A DNA stretch of 60,641 nucleotides. It comes from a virus (taxonomy: Duplodnaviria; Caudoviricetes). The position numbers and the translations under genes were made by a program. Shown here one piece after another: positions 1-9,265 of the stretch (position 1 is the first letter of the stretch; every line of letters begins with the position of its first letter). Below the pieces are notes generated by a model, which worked only from the letters and a program-made list of their open reading frames with translations, did not search any database and was not told where the DNA came from. Where the stretch lies: the IMG/VR virus record IMGVR_UViG_3300034737_000014, positions 1 to 60,641 of that record; one strand, given 5' to 3'.

Positions 1-55
1 TTTGGTTTTGCCCGTGTTGATCTCGGTAACAATTTTGCATTTGATGGTTTTGTTG
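1..55. repeat. 55-bp direct repeat identical to the window end (circular assembly overlap)
   Basis: 1-55 (tttggttttgcccg...ggttttgttg) is identical to 60587-60641, and an ORF reads through the join. Confidence 0.95.
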
Positions 56-228
56 ATGTGTCTGCCCCTAACCAAGGGCAAGCGCAGTGGTTAGCGCAGC
101 CTTCTATTATGTACAGCTTTAATAAATCCTTTAGTGCCGGTATTGAACAACAGCTATACCTTAATAAGGGGTATGTTAAAGGACTCGATGAGTCAGTCCC
201 CCAGTTGAAACTTGTTTATGGATGGTAA
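1..228 (+). CDS. 3' part of Tsx/OmpK-like outer-membrane beta-barrel protein (gene starts at 60170)
   Basis: Frame 1 is open from 1 to TAA at 226-228: FGFARVDLGNNFAFDGFVD...AQPSIMY...GIEQQLYLNKGYVKGLDESVPQLKLVYGW. Amphipathic strands and a terminal aromatic residue. Confidence 0.75.
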   Translation, partial: FGFARVDLGNNFAFDGFVDVSAPNQGQAQWLAQPSIMYSFNKSFSAGIEQQLYLNKGYVKGLDESVPQLKLVYGW

Positions 229-232
229 AATT

Positions 233-511
233 ATGAAATTTGATGCACGTTATTTATGGTTGCTTGTAGTACCAGCAGTAGTATTGGGGTTAATTAACCT
301 AGATTTACTGATCGAGTATGTAAGTGTTTTATCCATCGTTCTCCTGATTGCCGGATTTACCCACATCATTAGGAAAATCTTAATGCCTTATGTTGATATG
401 GGAAAACTAATTGACGATGGTGCGGACAAGGGTTTGGTTTTCTTGGGCATGTCGATCATGATCAGTGCGTTTGCACTTGTCCTAGCGGCGCTGATTCATG
501 TCGGTCATTGA
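233..511 (+). CDS. putative holin (3 predicted TM segments)
   Basis: Small, very hydrophobic ORF directly upstream of the endolysin. ATG at 233 preferred to the track's TTG at 212, which overlaps the upstream gene. Confidence 0.65.
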   Translation: MKFDARYLWLLVVPAVVLGLINLDLLIEYVSVLSIVLLIAGFTHIIRKILMPYVDMGKLIDDGADKGLVFLGMSIMISAFALVLAALIHVGH

Positions 512-1085
512 TTTAGCAATGCCTCTTCTACCTGTTCTTAAAGAGGAACAGGTAGCATATTGGTGCGATCATCCCAAACCTACGCTACTTGCGGGCCAAG
601 TAGAGCAGGAAAGCGGATGGAAGGTTAATGCAACGCTAAAGACAGACAGGGAGTTCGGCGCTGGTTTAGCACAGTTCACTAAGACAGCTACCTTCGATGC
701 TATTGAGGAGCTTAAAGCAAAACATCCGACTGTGTTTGGCGATTGGTCTTTCACTAACCCATATACTCCCCGTTATCAGCTACGGGGTTTAGTCGTTTAC
801 ATGCACGACTTGAGTAGCGAGATTAGGGGCGCGGCAACGCCAGATGATAATTACAGAATGACACTATCGGCTTACAATGGTGGAATAGGCGGCTTGCGTA
901 AAGAGCGATTAAAGTGTAGCATTATGCCTAACTGTAACCCAAATGTGTGGTACGGCAATGTTGAATTAAGTAGTGTTAAAAGCCATAAGGCGTTTAAGGG
1001 GTACGGCCAAAGTCCTTATGATATTAACCGTGGCTACATTAAACTGGTCTATGAACGTGCCAAGAAATATGAAGGGCTATATTGA
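498..1085 (+). CDS. endolysin, lytic transglycosylase (SLT-like)
   Basis: Motifs QVEQES, GLAQF and AYNGG; lies between holin and spanins. Confidence 0.85.
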   Translation: MSVIDLAMPLLPVLKEEQVAYWCDHPKPTLLAGQVEQESGWKVNATLKTDREFGAGLAQFTKTATFDAIEELKAKHPTVFGDWSFTNPYTPRYQLRGLVVYMHDLSSEIRGAATPDDNYRMTLSAYNGGIGGLRKERLKCSIMPNCNPNVWYGNVELSSVKSHKAFKGYGQSPYDINRGYIKLVYERAKKYEGLY

Positions 1086-1561
1086 TGTGGTTTTACCCTA
1101 CAGTAGCAGCAGCGGTTATCGGTTTTTTCACCGGTTGGTATATAAACGGGTTAAGGCTCAATGCCGAGATTAATTCGTTGCACGCTACTTGGAATGAAGC
1201 TTACGCCAACCAAGCAAAGATTACTATGGACAAAGAGCACGAGCTTAATCAGCTAAACGTACAGGTGGAGGCGAATAATGCTAACCAAGCAAAAGCAATT
1301 AATGATGCGCATGATAAAAATATCAAGCTTGCTACTGACATTAAGCGGTTGCAGCAATCAGCCAGTGTCAGTTACGGCACCGTGCCCAGCGCCAGTGCTA
1401 CCTGCAAGTGTGCAAGCACAACCGCCAGGAGCGAATTTTCAGACGAGAGTATCAGCCTTCTTGTCAACCTGGCGAGAGAAGCTGACGACGCGGCAAGATA
1501 CGCCAACACCTGCCACGAGTGGGCAATAGGCGTTGCCAAAGAATTAGATAAACAACGGTAG
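1082..1561 (+). CDS. i-spanin (Rz-like)
   Basis: N-terminal TM helix followed by coiled coil; follows the endolysin. Confidence 0.8.
   Translation: MMWFYPTVAAAVIGFFTGWYINGLRLNAEINSLHATWNEAYANQAKITMDKEHELNQLNVQVEANNANQAKAINDAHDKNIKLATDIKRLQQSASVSYGTVPSASATCKCASTTARSEFSDESISLLVNLAREADDAARYANTCHEWAIGVAKELDKQR
1311..1529 (+). CDS. o-spanin lipoprotein (Rz1-like), embedded in the i-spanin in another frame
   Basis: MIKISSLLLTLSGC lipobox followed by Pro-rich PCPAPVLP; fully nested in 1082-1561. Confidence 0.75.
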   Translation: MIKISSLLLTLSGCSNQPVSVTAPCPAPVLPASVQAQPPGANFQTRVSAFLSTWREKLTTRQDTPTPATSGQ

Positions 1562-1569
1562 AATAGACG

Positions 1570-3186
1570 ATGATTATATCCAGTTTCCTAGGGGAGATGC
1601 CAGGACAAGGTGATTTAGGCAAACCCATAAACGCGGCTGACTTCGCGTCTAACTTATTGCTAGACGAAGGCCTGTTTCCTAAGTCATTCATTGTTACACA
1701 AGTATCGACTATTACCGAAGCGGACCAGTCAGTTGTTCGCATTGACGGCCAGGCCTACACACTACCCGCCGGCTTCGTTGCACGATCTCCGTTGGCTAAT
1801 GACGCAAAGGGGCGCATATACTACACATACGACACTCCTACCGACGGACAGACGGCATATGTTGTCTATTCAAAAGGCACCGACGGCCGCTTGCTCGGCG
1901 CTAACTCTGTCGTGCGTAAATTAGGCGTACCGCTGCCGTCAACGCCAAGTATTACTATTACTATTACTAACACCACGATTGACCCCCCTGTCGGAGAGGT
2001 GCCAGTAGCCACCTACTATGCAATTACGCTAACTAACGAGTGGGGCGAAGAGGGCGCGCTATCTAGCGCGTCACAACAGGCTATACTATACTCCAACACT
2101 ACGGTTGTTATTGACCGCCCTGCTGAGGCTTTAGGCGTTGACATCGCCAAGTGGAATATCTACATGGCTAACAACGGTCAATGGCAGTTCATGCAAGAGG
2201 TAGACAAAGCAACGTCTAGCGTAACACTGGTAGGCGACGCAGCTAAGTACCCAGCGCTCGGCGAAGTATGCCCATCACTTGATTGGTTGCCTCCGCCGAC
2301 AGATATTAAAGGCTTGGTCGCTATGTCTGGCGGTTTTATGGCGGCTTATTCTGGGCGTAACTTAGTATGTAGCGAACCCTATTTGCCACACGCTTGGCCA
2401 TCAGGCTATAGCTACCCAGTGCAGTACGATATTCTAGGTATCGTTCCTGTATCAGGTGGGGCAATCGTTGTTACCAACGGCCGGCAGTATGCCGCTTTAG
2501 GGGCTTCGCCGTCTACGCTACAGTTACAACAACTGGAAATGGACGCCGGTTGTGTTAGCCGCGATTCGATTATTGATATGGGTGAGTATGCAGTCTACGC
2601 ATCAACGGTCGGCCTAATTAAAATGGGCTTACAGGGTGTTGAGCTAATCAGTCAGGCGGCGTTCTCGCGCCATGCGTGGCGATCAGTTAACCCATCAAGT
2701 ATTAAGGCAATGCGGGTTAAGCATTACTACGTGTTCCAGTCAAATAATACACCAGTGTATGTGCTAGACACCAATACAGGCGTGTTTACCCGCACTGACA
2801 AGCTGAACCTAACACAGTTCTATCGCGGTTTTTATGACCCTACGGATGACCTAACCTACGCCATTAAGCATGATACAACGTTAACGCTTAACACAATCGG
2901 TATCGACTTTACGACCGGAAGTGTGTGGGAGTCGAGAGCACTGGCAAGCAATGCTGGCATTGCTCCGTCTTGGGGGCAGATTGACGCCGATACCTACCCA
3001 GTAACGCTTGAGTTCGGCACATCAGAAACAGGAACAGCATTTACCTACCAGGCATACACAGTCAACGATAGAAAACCGTTTAGATTGGCGTCGGGCCGAG
3101 AGGCGTTTGCCAAATTTCGCCTGTCTAACTTCCACGGCCAGATTTACCGTGTCGTGTTAACCAACGATAGGAGTGAATTTGTATGA
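1570..3186 (+). CDS. putative tail nozzle / DNA-stabilisation protein (tail tubular B / P22 gp10-like)
   Basis: 538 aa, beta-rich, with SEPYLPHAWP and GCVSRDSI segments typical of podovirus nozzle-like proteins. Confidence 0.55.
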   Translation: MIISSFLGEMPGQGDLGKPINAADFASNLLLDEGLFPKSFIVTQVSTITEADQSVVRIDGQAYTLPAGFVARSPLANDAKGRIYYTYDTPTDGQTAYVVYSKGTDGRLLGANSVVRKLGVPLPSTPSITITITNTTIDPPVGEVPVATYYAITLTNEWGEEGALSSASQQAILYSNTTVVIDRPAEALGVDIAKWNIYMANNGQWQFMQEVDKATSSVTLVGDAAKYPALGEVCPSLDWLPPPTDIKGLVAMSGGFMAAYSGRNLVCSEPYLPHAWPSGYSYPVQYDILGIVPVSGGAIVVTNGRQYAALGASPSTLQLQQLEMDAGCVSRDSIIDMGEYAVYASTVGLIKMGLQGVELISQAAFSRHAWRSVNPSSIKAMRVKHYYVFQSNNTPVYVLDTNTGVFTRTDKLNLTQFYRGFYDPTDDLTYAIKHDTTLTLNTIGIDFTTGSVWESRALASNAGIAPSWGQIDADTYPVTLEFGTSETGTAFTYQAYTVNDRKPFRLASGREAFAKFRLSNFHGQIYRVVLTNDRSEFV

Positions 3187-4337
3187 TGTGGGCACCGGCC
3201 ACCTCCGGCGCTAGCACGAATCGTAATGTCGCTGCGCTTCCGATTCTGCCTAACGACGCAAACATTAACCCCCAGCTTTTGGCGCGGCTACAGGCCGCTG
3301 TTGAGCGTATAGCTACGCTCGACGGACAGCGCGGTGATGCCCTAGATGCTGCACTTACTAAGCGCGATTTGGTAAATGTTGGACTGCTAAAAGTAGGACA
3401 GAATGGCAGTATTGACGGCCTAAACGATAGCACTTTCTCCGGAGGCTGGACGAACATTCCATACCTTGATGCTATGCCTACGCCAGCTCCGCCAACATTC
3501 AAAACAGGGATAGGCGCAAACTTCCTTTTCTGGCAGCTACCAACCGCAAGAGGCGTAGGCGCTACCCAAGTATTCAGGCGCACAGACAACGCGGACGGGG
3601 CAATTATTGCCGCCCCCACCGGTTCTATATACGCTGACTTGCCTGTAGACTACGGTACTACCTACTACTATAAGATTCGTTTTGTGAGTGAACGTGGCGT
3701 TGCTGGGGACTGGTCGAGTGAGGTTGCAGTAGTTTCGGAAGCCGACCCTGCTTATTTGATTGAGACGCTACAGGGCAAAGTAGATGACTCTCTCCTGGCC
3801 CAGGACCTAAGAAACCAAGTGGCTATAGGGGGAGAACTAAAGGATTCTATCACTTCTGTAGCCGGAACTGGCGGAAGAAACGCTGGCTTTTCCTTCGGTT
3901 CAGACGGAAAAGTGTCGGGTTTTTATGTTATGGCCGACATGTTTGCTGTTCTGTCGTCCGCTAACGGGGCGCCAGTTACGCCATTCATTGTATCCGGTAA
4001 TAACACGTATATCAACAACGCCACTATTAAAGACGCTTCTATAACAGGGGCTAAGATAGCAAACGCAACGATTACCTCTGCGAACATCGCCAGCTTGGAC
4101 GTAATGGCAGTGGCCGTCGGCGGCACTATTAACTCAAGTAACTATAACCAGACAACGAAAACTGGCTGGGCCATTAACCAAGACGGCTCGGCTTTCTTTG
4201 GCGGCAATACGTCGTTTGGCGGTAAGCTAGATGTTAGACGAGCGGGGAGCGGTGCTGGTGTAGATATTACGAATGACGGCATTAAGGTTTATGACAATAA
4301 CGGCGTGTTGCGCGTAGTGATAGGGAAATTGGCATGA
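3183..4337 (+). CDS. tail tip / host-specificity protein (FnIII-like plus gpJ C-terminal-like region)
   Basis: YYYKIRFVS...GDWS FnIII-like motif; PFIVSGNNTYINNATIKDASITGAKI and terminal VYDNNGVLRVVIGKL resemble J-type C-termini. Confidence 0.65.
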   Translation: MMWAPATSGASTNRNVAALPILPNDANINPQLLARLQAAVERIATLDGQRGDALDAALTKRDLVNVGLLKVGQNGSIDGLNDSTFSGGWTNIPYLDAMPTPAPPTFKTGIGANFLFWQLPTARGVGATQVFRRTDNADGAIIAAPTGSIYADLPVDYGTTYYYKIRFVSERGVAGDWSSEVAVVSEADPAYLIETLQGKVDDSLLAQDLRNQVAIGGELKDSITSVAGTGGRNAGFSFGSDGKVSGFYVMADMFAVLSSANGAPVTPFIVSGNNTYINNATIKDASITGAKIANATITSANIASLDVMAVAVGGTINSSNYNQTTKTGWAINQDGSAFFGGNTSFGGKLDVRRAGSGAGVDITNDGIKVYDNNGVLRVVIGKLA

Positions 4338-4642
4338 GTACAGGTGTTGGTTTTTACGATGAGAACGGTGCTCCGTTATGGGACACAACGGACTTTAACA
4401 TAAATACATACGGAGTTTACACAATAAACGCCGGGACTAGGGTTACAATACCTCTACCAAAAGAGCTTTACAACAGTAACATATACCTTCGGCGTAGGAA
4501 CGTAATCTCGCCTGGGGCTGTATATAGCTCGGCGCAGGTTTTTGATGCTTACGTACAAAGAGACCCAGCATCCCTAAGCATATATGTAGTTGTTGACGCA
4601 TCAAGGGCGCCTGCTGGTGTATTGGAAATTTACGTAAAATGA
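4334..4642 (+). CDS. small tail-tip-associated protein
   Basis: Coupled to the previous gene; N-terminus GVGFYDENGAPLWD is typical of genes following J-like proteins. Confidence 0.5.
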   Translation: MSTGVGFYDENGAPLWDTTDFNINTYGVYTINAGTRVTIPLPKELYNSNIYLRRRNVISPGAVYSSAQVFDAYVQRDPASLSIYVVVDASRAPAGVLEIYVK

Positions 4643-5676
4643 GTTTATACGGTGGTCTATTCTATAACGACATAGGCACAGCATACGTCTCCGCCGATGT
4701 TCCCCACCTATATAGGGCCTGGACCGGCGTGGGGACTTGGGTATATCAGGGACACGCTTTCAATGGATTTCCGAAATACGTAGGCATATATTCAGGCAGC
4801 TACACCGTTTATAAATGGGTTACTTTCCTGCCATATATAGCCGGTGTTGGGGCGCCGTTATTGGTGTCTATGCGAGTTCCGAGTAGTGGCGTTCATGCCA
4901 TAGACTCCATAGAGCCTACCAACGGGGGATGGAACGTTTTCGGCACATCCGCCCCAAAAACGATAATATCGCAGTCTGCTACAACCCCCTGGTATAGCTA
5001 CAGCGGAAGGTACCTTAGACAGAACGAGTGCGGTTATGTATGGGTTGGAAATATGATACCGTCCGGACCGAGTGATGTTTTGGGGTATGATATCAACCCG
5101 GTAGATGCCCCAATGTTGCCGGTAATCGACGCCTATGCTGGCTACACGCCAAATATGCGTGACGGCTCAACGACCGGCATATCCATAGCTAACACTGCCG
5201 GGGTGGAAGTATTCGGGTATCCCGCTAAATTCAAACCAATTAAAGGGAGAGCAGACGTGTTAGTTGCCGCCCCTGTATCATTTTCTACCAATAGAACGCA
5301 GGCTTTAGTATCAGGAACATCAGGAAAGTCGATAGTTTTTTACGGAAGTGGCCAGTATCTTTTTGATCGTGCTTTTTATTATAAGTCAATTACTATGGAC
5401 TACGGCTGCGATGGTTATGGAGGATATATAGCCTCCTACCGCACGCTAGGACTTACAATAGTCCTACGCAACATGATAGCCGCGGACGGGTATGTATACC
5501 CTACACCGGTAAGCAACAGCGCATATAATGCGTTCTCCTACGTGGATAATTCACACTCTACTGACTCGTGGGGCGGCCCGATCTCCAATGTTAGTGGCAG
5601 CACCTCGTCTGGGTACCAGATTTCCACAACATCCATCAACCAAACGAGTGAGTATGCGGTGGCCATACCTATATAG
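4639..5676 (+). CDS. putative tail/receptor-binding protein
   Basis: Gly/Ser/Tyr-rich beta protein; last gene of the plus arm. Confidence 0.45.
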   Translation: MSLYGGLFYNDIGTAYVSADVPHLYRAWTGVGTWVYQGHAFNGFPKYVGIYSGSYTVYKWVTFLPYIAGVGAPLLVSMRVPSSGVHAIDSIEPTNGGWNVFGTSAPKTIISQSATTPWYSYSGRYLRQNECGYVWVGNMIPSGPSDVLGYDINPVDAPMLPVIDAYAGYTPNMRDGSTTGISIANTAGVEVFGYPAKFKPIKGRADVLVAAPVSFSTNRTQALVSGTSGKSIVFYGSGQYLFDRAFYYKSITMDYGCDGYGGYIASYRTLGLTIVLRNMIAADGYVYPTPVSNSAYNAFSYVDNSHSTDSWGGPISNVSGSTSSGYQISTTSINQTSEYAVAIPI

Positions 5677-5725
5677 CCACCAACAAAACGCAGGACGCCT
5701 ACAGTCCTGACGCCACCTGATTCCA

Positions 5726-5929
5726 TCACTCATCGTCCGTTTCCTCTTCGTCTTCTAACAATGCACGCCCTACTGATTTAGGGCGTACTTCCCACAAAGC
5801 ACAACTCGTAACGGTACAGGCTTCTACCTGCTGCCGCCAAGAGCCGCCGCCGTTATCGGGGTGATAACAGCACTCTTTGCATTTATCGTTGATTGACTTA
5901 CGTAGTCCTTTTCGTTTTTTGATTTCCAT
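5726..5929 (-). CDS. hypothetical Cys-rich (putative Zn-binding) protein
   Basis: CKECC...CTVTSCALW; last gene of the minus arm. Confidence 0.55.
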   Translation of the reverse strand: MEIKKRKGLRKSINDKCKECCYHPDNGGGSWRQQVEACTVTSCALWEVRPKSVGRALLEDEEETDDE

Positions 5930-5940
5930 GTTGTTTATCC

Positions 5941-6543
5941 TTATGGGTATTTGTAGTTGTTCTTGATAGGTGTTACGCCCCAGCGGTAAGCCGCCACGGC
6001 TGGGAAGTAGGATGATGCTAGCTTTCGTGATTCCCGTTCCGCGCCTTTAGGATTCGGGTACTGGAAGCACATAACGCCGGAGCCATATAGCGTCACCAGA
6101 TGACGAAGTGGTGGAGCAGGAGGCGGCGGCGTAAGAAGTAAAGGCAGATATGCTTTGTCAGTTCCCTCGTATCCTCTATGTTTGAATACAAGCTCACGGT
6201 CATGAAGCACGTACGCTAATAGCATTTCGCCTACGGTGCCTCTTGGTTTCTGCACTTCACTTAATCTCTGGGAGTTATTCGATAACCAGATCAGCTTACT
6301 GCGCCACCATCTGTCATCCTTAAGCATGAAGGGCGCGCCGGCTGTTATGACTAAGTTCGGATGTTTTAACACCTCAAAGAACGCCATAACCTCCGCTGCT
6401 CTAAATACACGGTCTCCCTTGTACAGCCCATCGGTGTGTATGAAGTGAAAAACATCGGCTGCCACTTTCATACGGTCAATAAAAACGGGGTCCTTGGCCC
6501 CGCTCTCATCAATGTAGGCTCGCAGATATTTGGTTTGCGCCAC
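5941..6543 (-). CDS. hypothetical protein
   Basis: 200-aa ORF co-oriented with and overlapping the primase-helicase end. Confidence 0.6.
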   Translation of the reverse strand: MAQTKYLRAYIDESGAKDPVFIDRMKVAADVFHFIHTDGLYKGDRVFRAAEVMAFFEVLKHPNLVITAGAPFMLKDDRWWRSKLIWLSNNSQRLSEVQKPRGTVGEMLLAYVLHDRELVFKHRGYEGTDKAYLPLLLTPPPPAPPLRHLVTLYGSGVMCFQYPNPKGAERESRKLASSYFPAVAAYRWGVTPIKNNYKYP

Positions 6544-9265
6544 TGACTGCTACCTCCTTCACTCCCATGTCTGCCACATAGCGACGGATAATAGGATGCG
6601 ATAATACCGCCGCGTAGTCAGCCTTCTCATCCCAATTAACTAACAGCGAACGGCTAGTACGGGCACCGCCAACTGCATCCAGTAGTCCAGGGGCTAGGCT
6701 CGTTGGCCCTAGGTATGCCACCCCTAACTGCTGTAAGCGACGGGTTAGCATGTTGGTGGAAATCTTCGATGCAGGCGATACCGCTTGATACAAACTCATT
6801 GCCACGCTGGTAGGCATACGGTTTGTCTCTGAAGCTTTTGTCGCGGCAACGTAGGCGATGTAGCGCATGGCGTGTTCCACCGCTGGCTTCTCGATCAAAC
6901 CTACGTCAGAGTCCACAGCATCAAATACGTTGGCAACCAAGGTATCGAAGTCGCCGTCTTTAATCCAACCAGCATAGGCGTCCATTGTGTTTTTCGATGC
7001 TTCAGCAATCATTTTGAAATCTCCGCAGTCATATAAAGATTGGGCAGTACGCTCGCACGCCTTAACCCGTGATAGTATTTCCCCGAACGCAGGGATTTCT
7101 TTCATAACGTATTTCTCTTTGAACTCAGCCCACGACTCGCATTGAGCCGCCAGCGGCACGCCTTCCATCATCTTCTTATGTTGGAACGGAGGCACATGGT
7201 AGCGTCGTTCAGTTGGGTCCACATAGAAACGGTCGTGATAGTTGGAGGCGAATATGTAGCCAGTGTTCAACTTGACGTTATCTAAGCGCGCGCCTTTCTT
7301 GTTAAGAGTAGCACGAGAACTAGACACCAACGTCTTGTACCAGTTGTAGACTAGCTGGCCTCCTTGTGTGCGTTGGCTGGCAGTAACCTCGACTTCGTCA
7401 ACAAGCACCAACTTCTTGCCTAAACGCCAGTCATCGAACGAGCTGATCGACAACGCCATATCAATAACATGAACGCTGTCGTCCAGTGCTTCGCGGCCGT
7501 AGTTTACCATCATGTGCAGCATGGTTTCAGCTAACGAAGACTTACCAGAACCATGTATCCCACGTAGCAGCCATGCAGTATTTACACGAGCATTTGGTCG
7601 CGTGAAAAGTACCGACAACCAGTTAATGAAGTGGGCCGCTGCTTTCTCGTCCGACCCCATAGCTTGGAGCACCGTCTGATAGTAGGCTGGAGTGCGCTTC
7701 TTCATTTCCTTGATGGCTCGCATCGGAGTTAAGTCCCGCTTATCATCAGGTAGAAATGAAATAACCATAGGCGATGTGTAGGTGTTGATGTAAAGCTCAC
7801 CTGCTTCTTCGTACATACTGCGGCTGTCGTTAACATCATGGACTAGAGTAGCGGTAGGGAACCCTTTATCCTTGTTATATTTGATGCCGAGAACCTTTGC
7901 CTGAGTCTTTGCCGAAGTTAGCTTGAGCGGTGACAAGGAGATAGTACCGTCACGACGACGACGATATTCGTAGTGTTCATCCTGTAAACGATCACGGAAA
8001 ATGAAATGCCCATCTGGGTGGATGTGCCCTGGTGGAATAATTGAAGGTGTCATTTCTTCTGTCGTCTCTAGTAAAGCGGGTAACAGTTCTGCCTCGTCTT
8101 CTACCTCGTCCTTGGCTTCTTCGACTTCCTCGTCTTCTTCCTCGTCTTCTTCCTCTGCCGGTGCGGCGACATAAGCGCCTAACCAGTCTGGCAACACTAA
8201 AGCCTGTTGCTTCTGGGCGATGTACCAGTCGTTCCATGCTTTAGTAAACTCTGGGTCTGCCGCTGCTAAAAGGAAAGGGTCTTCTTCTTTGAAGTTAAAC
8301 ATCAAGGTATCTTCAGTGATAACTCCGAAGCGGAAGTAGTAGGCTCCGCTGTCACCATTGTTTACGTTGCAGCGTACCACTCCATTCTCATGCAATGGTC
8401 CTGGTGCTTTGGAAACTTTAGTGTTAGGCGGCACTTGTAGATACTGAACGTCAAAGCCGTCTTCGTTACGAGTAGCACGGTGTTTGCGCAAAGGTTCTAA
8501 CCCAAGCACCGCACGCAATTCGTCGATATACTCGTCCATAGCATGGGCGAAGTAAGCTGTGTCTCTCCACATAGCGGGGAAGCGCCCGATGTTAAGGGTT
8601 TCGTATTCCTTATGGACAGCGAAGATACGGTCTTCCAGTGAGGCGAACGGGTCTTCCAGACCGCCCTCTAGTACCGGTGGGGCAAGGTAGATCAGCGATG
8701 CCTTACGAACAGCCGCGGTATCCAACGGACGGTGTACGGTCATGCGGGATTCCGACAAGGTAAACGCCGAGCGTAGGGTATCCGTATACCAGTTGATACC
8801 AAGTAATAAGGATTTAAGCTCCGTGTAGTAGGCTGGTTCGTCCAGTAGGAAGAATACGTGGGCGTTTAACCCATCCTTAAAACCTTGTGACGCTGAGTAA
8901 GCCACGATGTAAGATACGCCTTGCAGGTACGGTACGTCGCTGATGAAGTCTTCCACACTGTCATAGGGGGCGCCATCAAAGTCCATACATAGCCAAGGTA
9001 GCTTTTGCGCGTCCTTCGCCATGCCACTACGTGACTCTTTATTCAAGGTACGAGTTAATGAGGAGGTGAATAAAGCACGGCCTTTATCAGCATTGTCACG
9101 AAGCGCGTTCGTAAATTCGTCTATGCTATTTACTTCAGTAGTAAATGATGACACACGGCGGGCGTTAGGGTACGCGCTCTTGCTGATACTGCCGTCTGGT
9201 TGTTTACTAAATGTTTTGGCCAAGCGTCGTGCCCGGCCTATGCCTTCTAGGAAAGTAAGAATCAT
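6509..9265 (-). CDS. primase-helicase (prim-pol-like N-terminus plus SF3/DUF5906-like helicase)
   Basis: N-terminal CMDFDG and NAHVFF motifs; Walker A GIHGSGKS, Walker B VLVDE, motif C FASN and Arg finger ERRY. Confidence 0.8.
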   Translation of the reverse strand: MILTFLEGIGRARRLAKTFSKQPDGSISKSAYPNARRVSSFTTEVNSIDEFTNALRDNADKGRALFTSSLTRTLNKESRSGMAKDAQKLPWLCMDFDGAPYDSVEDFISDVPYLQGVSYIVAYSASQGFKDGLNAHVFFLLDEPAYYTELKSLLLGINWYTDTLRSAFTLSESRMTVHRPLDTAAVRKASLIYLAPPVLEGGLEDPFASLEDRIFAVHKEYETLNIGRFPAMWRDTAYFAHAMDEYIDELRAVLGLEPLRKHRATRNEDGFDVQYLQVPPNTKVSKAPGPLHENGVVRCNVNNGDSGAYYFRFGVITEDTLMFNFKEEDPFLLAAADPEFTKAWNDWYIAQKQQALVLPDWLGAYVAAPAEEEDEEEDEEVEEAKDEVEDEAELLPALLETTEEMTPSIIPPGHIHPDGHFIFRDRLQDEHYEYRRRRDGTISLSPLKLTSAKTQAKVLGIKYNKDKGFPTATLVHDVNDSRSMYEEAGELYINTYTSPMVISFLPDDKRDLTPMRAIKEMKKRTPAYYQTVLQAMGSDEKAAAHFINWLSVLFTRPNARVNTAWLLRGIHGSGKSSLAETMLHMMVNYGREALDDSVHVIDMALSISSFDDWRLGKKLVLVDEVEVTASQRTQGGQLVYNWYKTLVSSSRATLNKKGARLDNVKLNTGYIFASNYHDRFYVDPTERRYHVPPFQHKKMMEGVPLAAQCESWAEFKEKYVMKEIPAFGEILSRVKACERTAQSLYDCGDFKMIAEASKNTMDAYAGWIKDGDFDTLVANVFDAVDSDVGLIEKPAVEHAMRYIAYVAATKASETNRMPTSVAMSLYQAVSPASKISTNMLTRRLQQLGVAYLGPTSLAPGLLDAVGGARTSRSLLVNWDEKADYAAVLSHPIIRRYVADMGVKEVAVSGANQISASLH

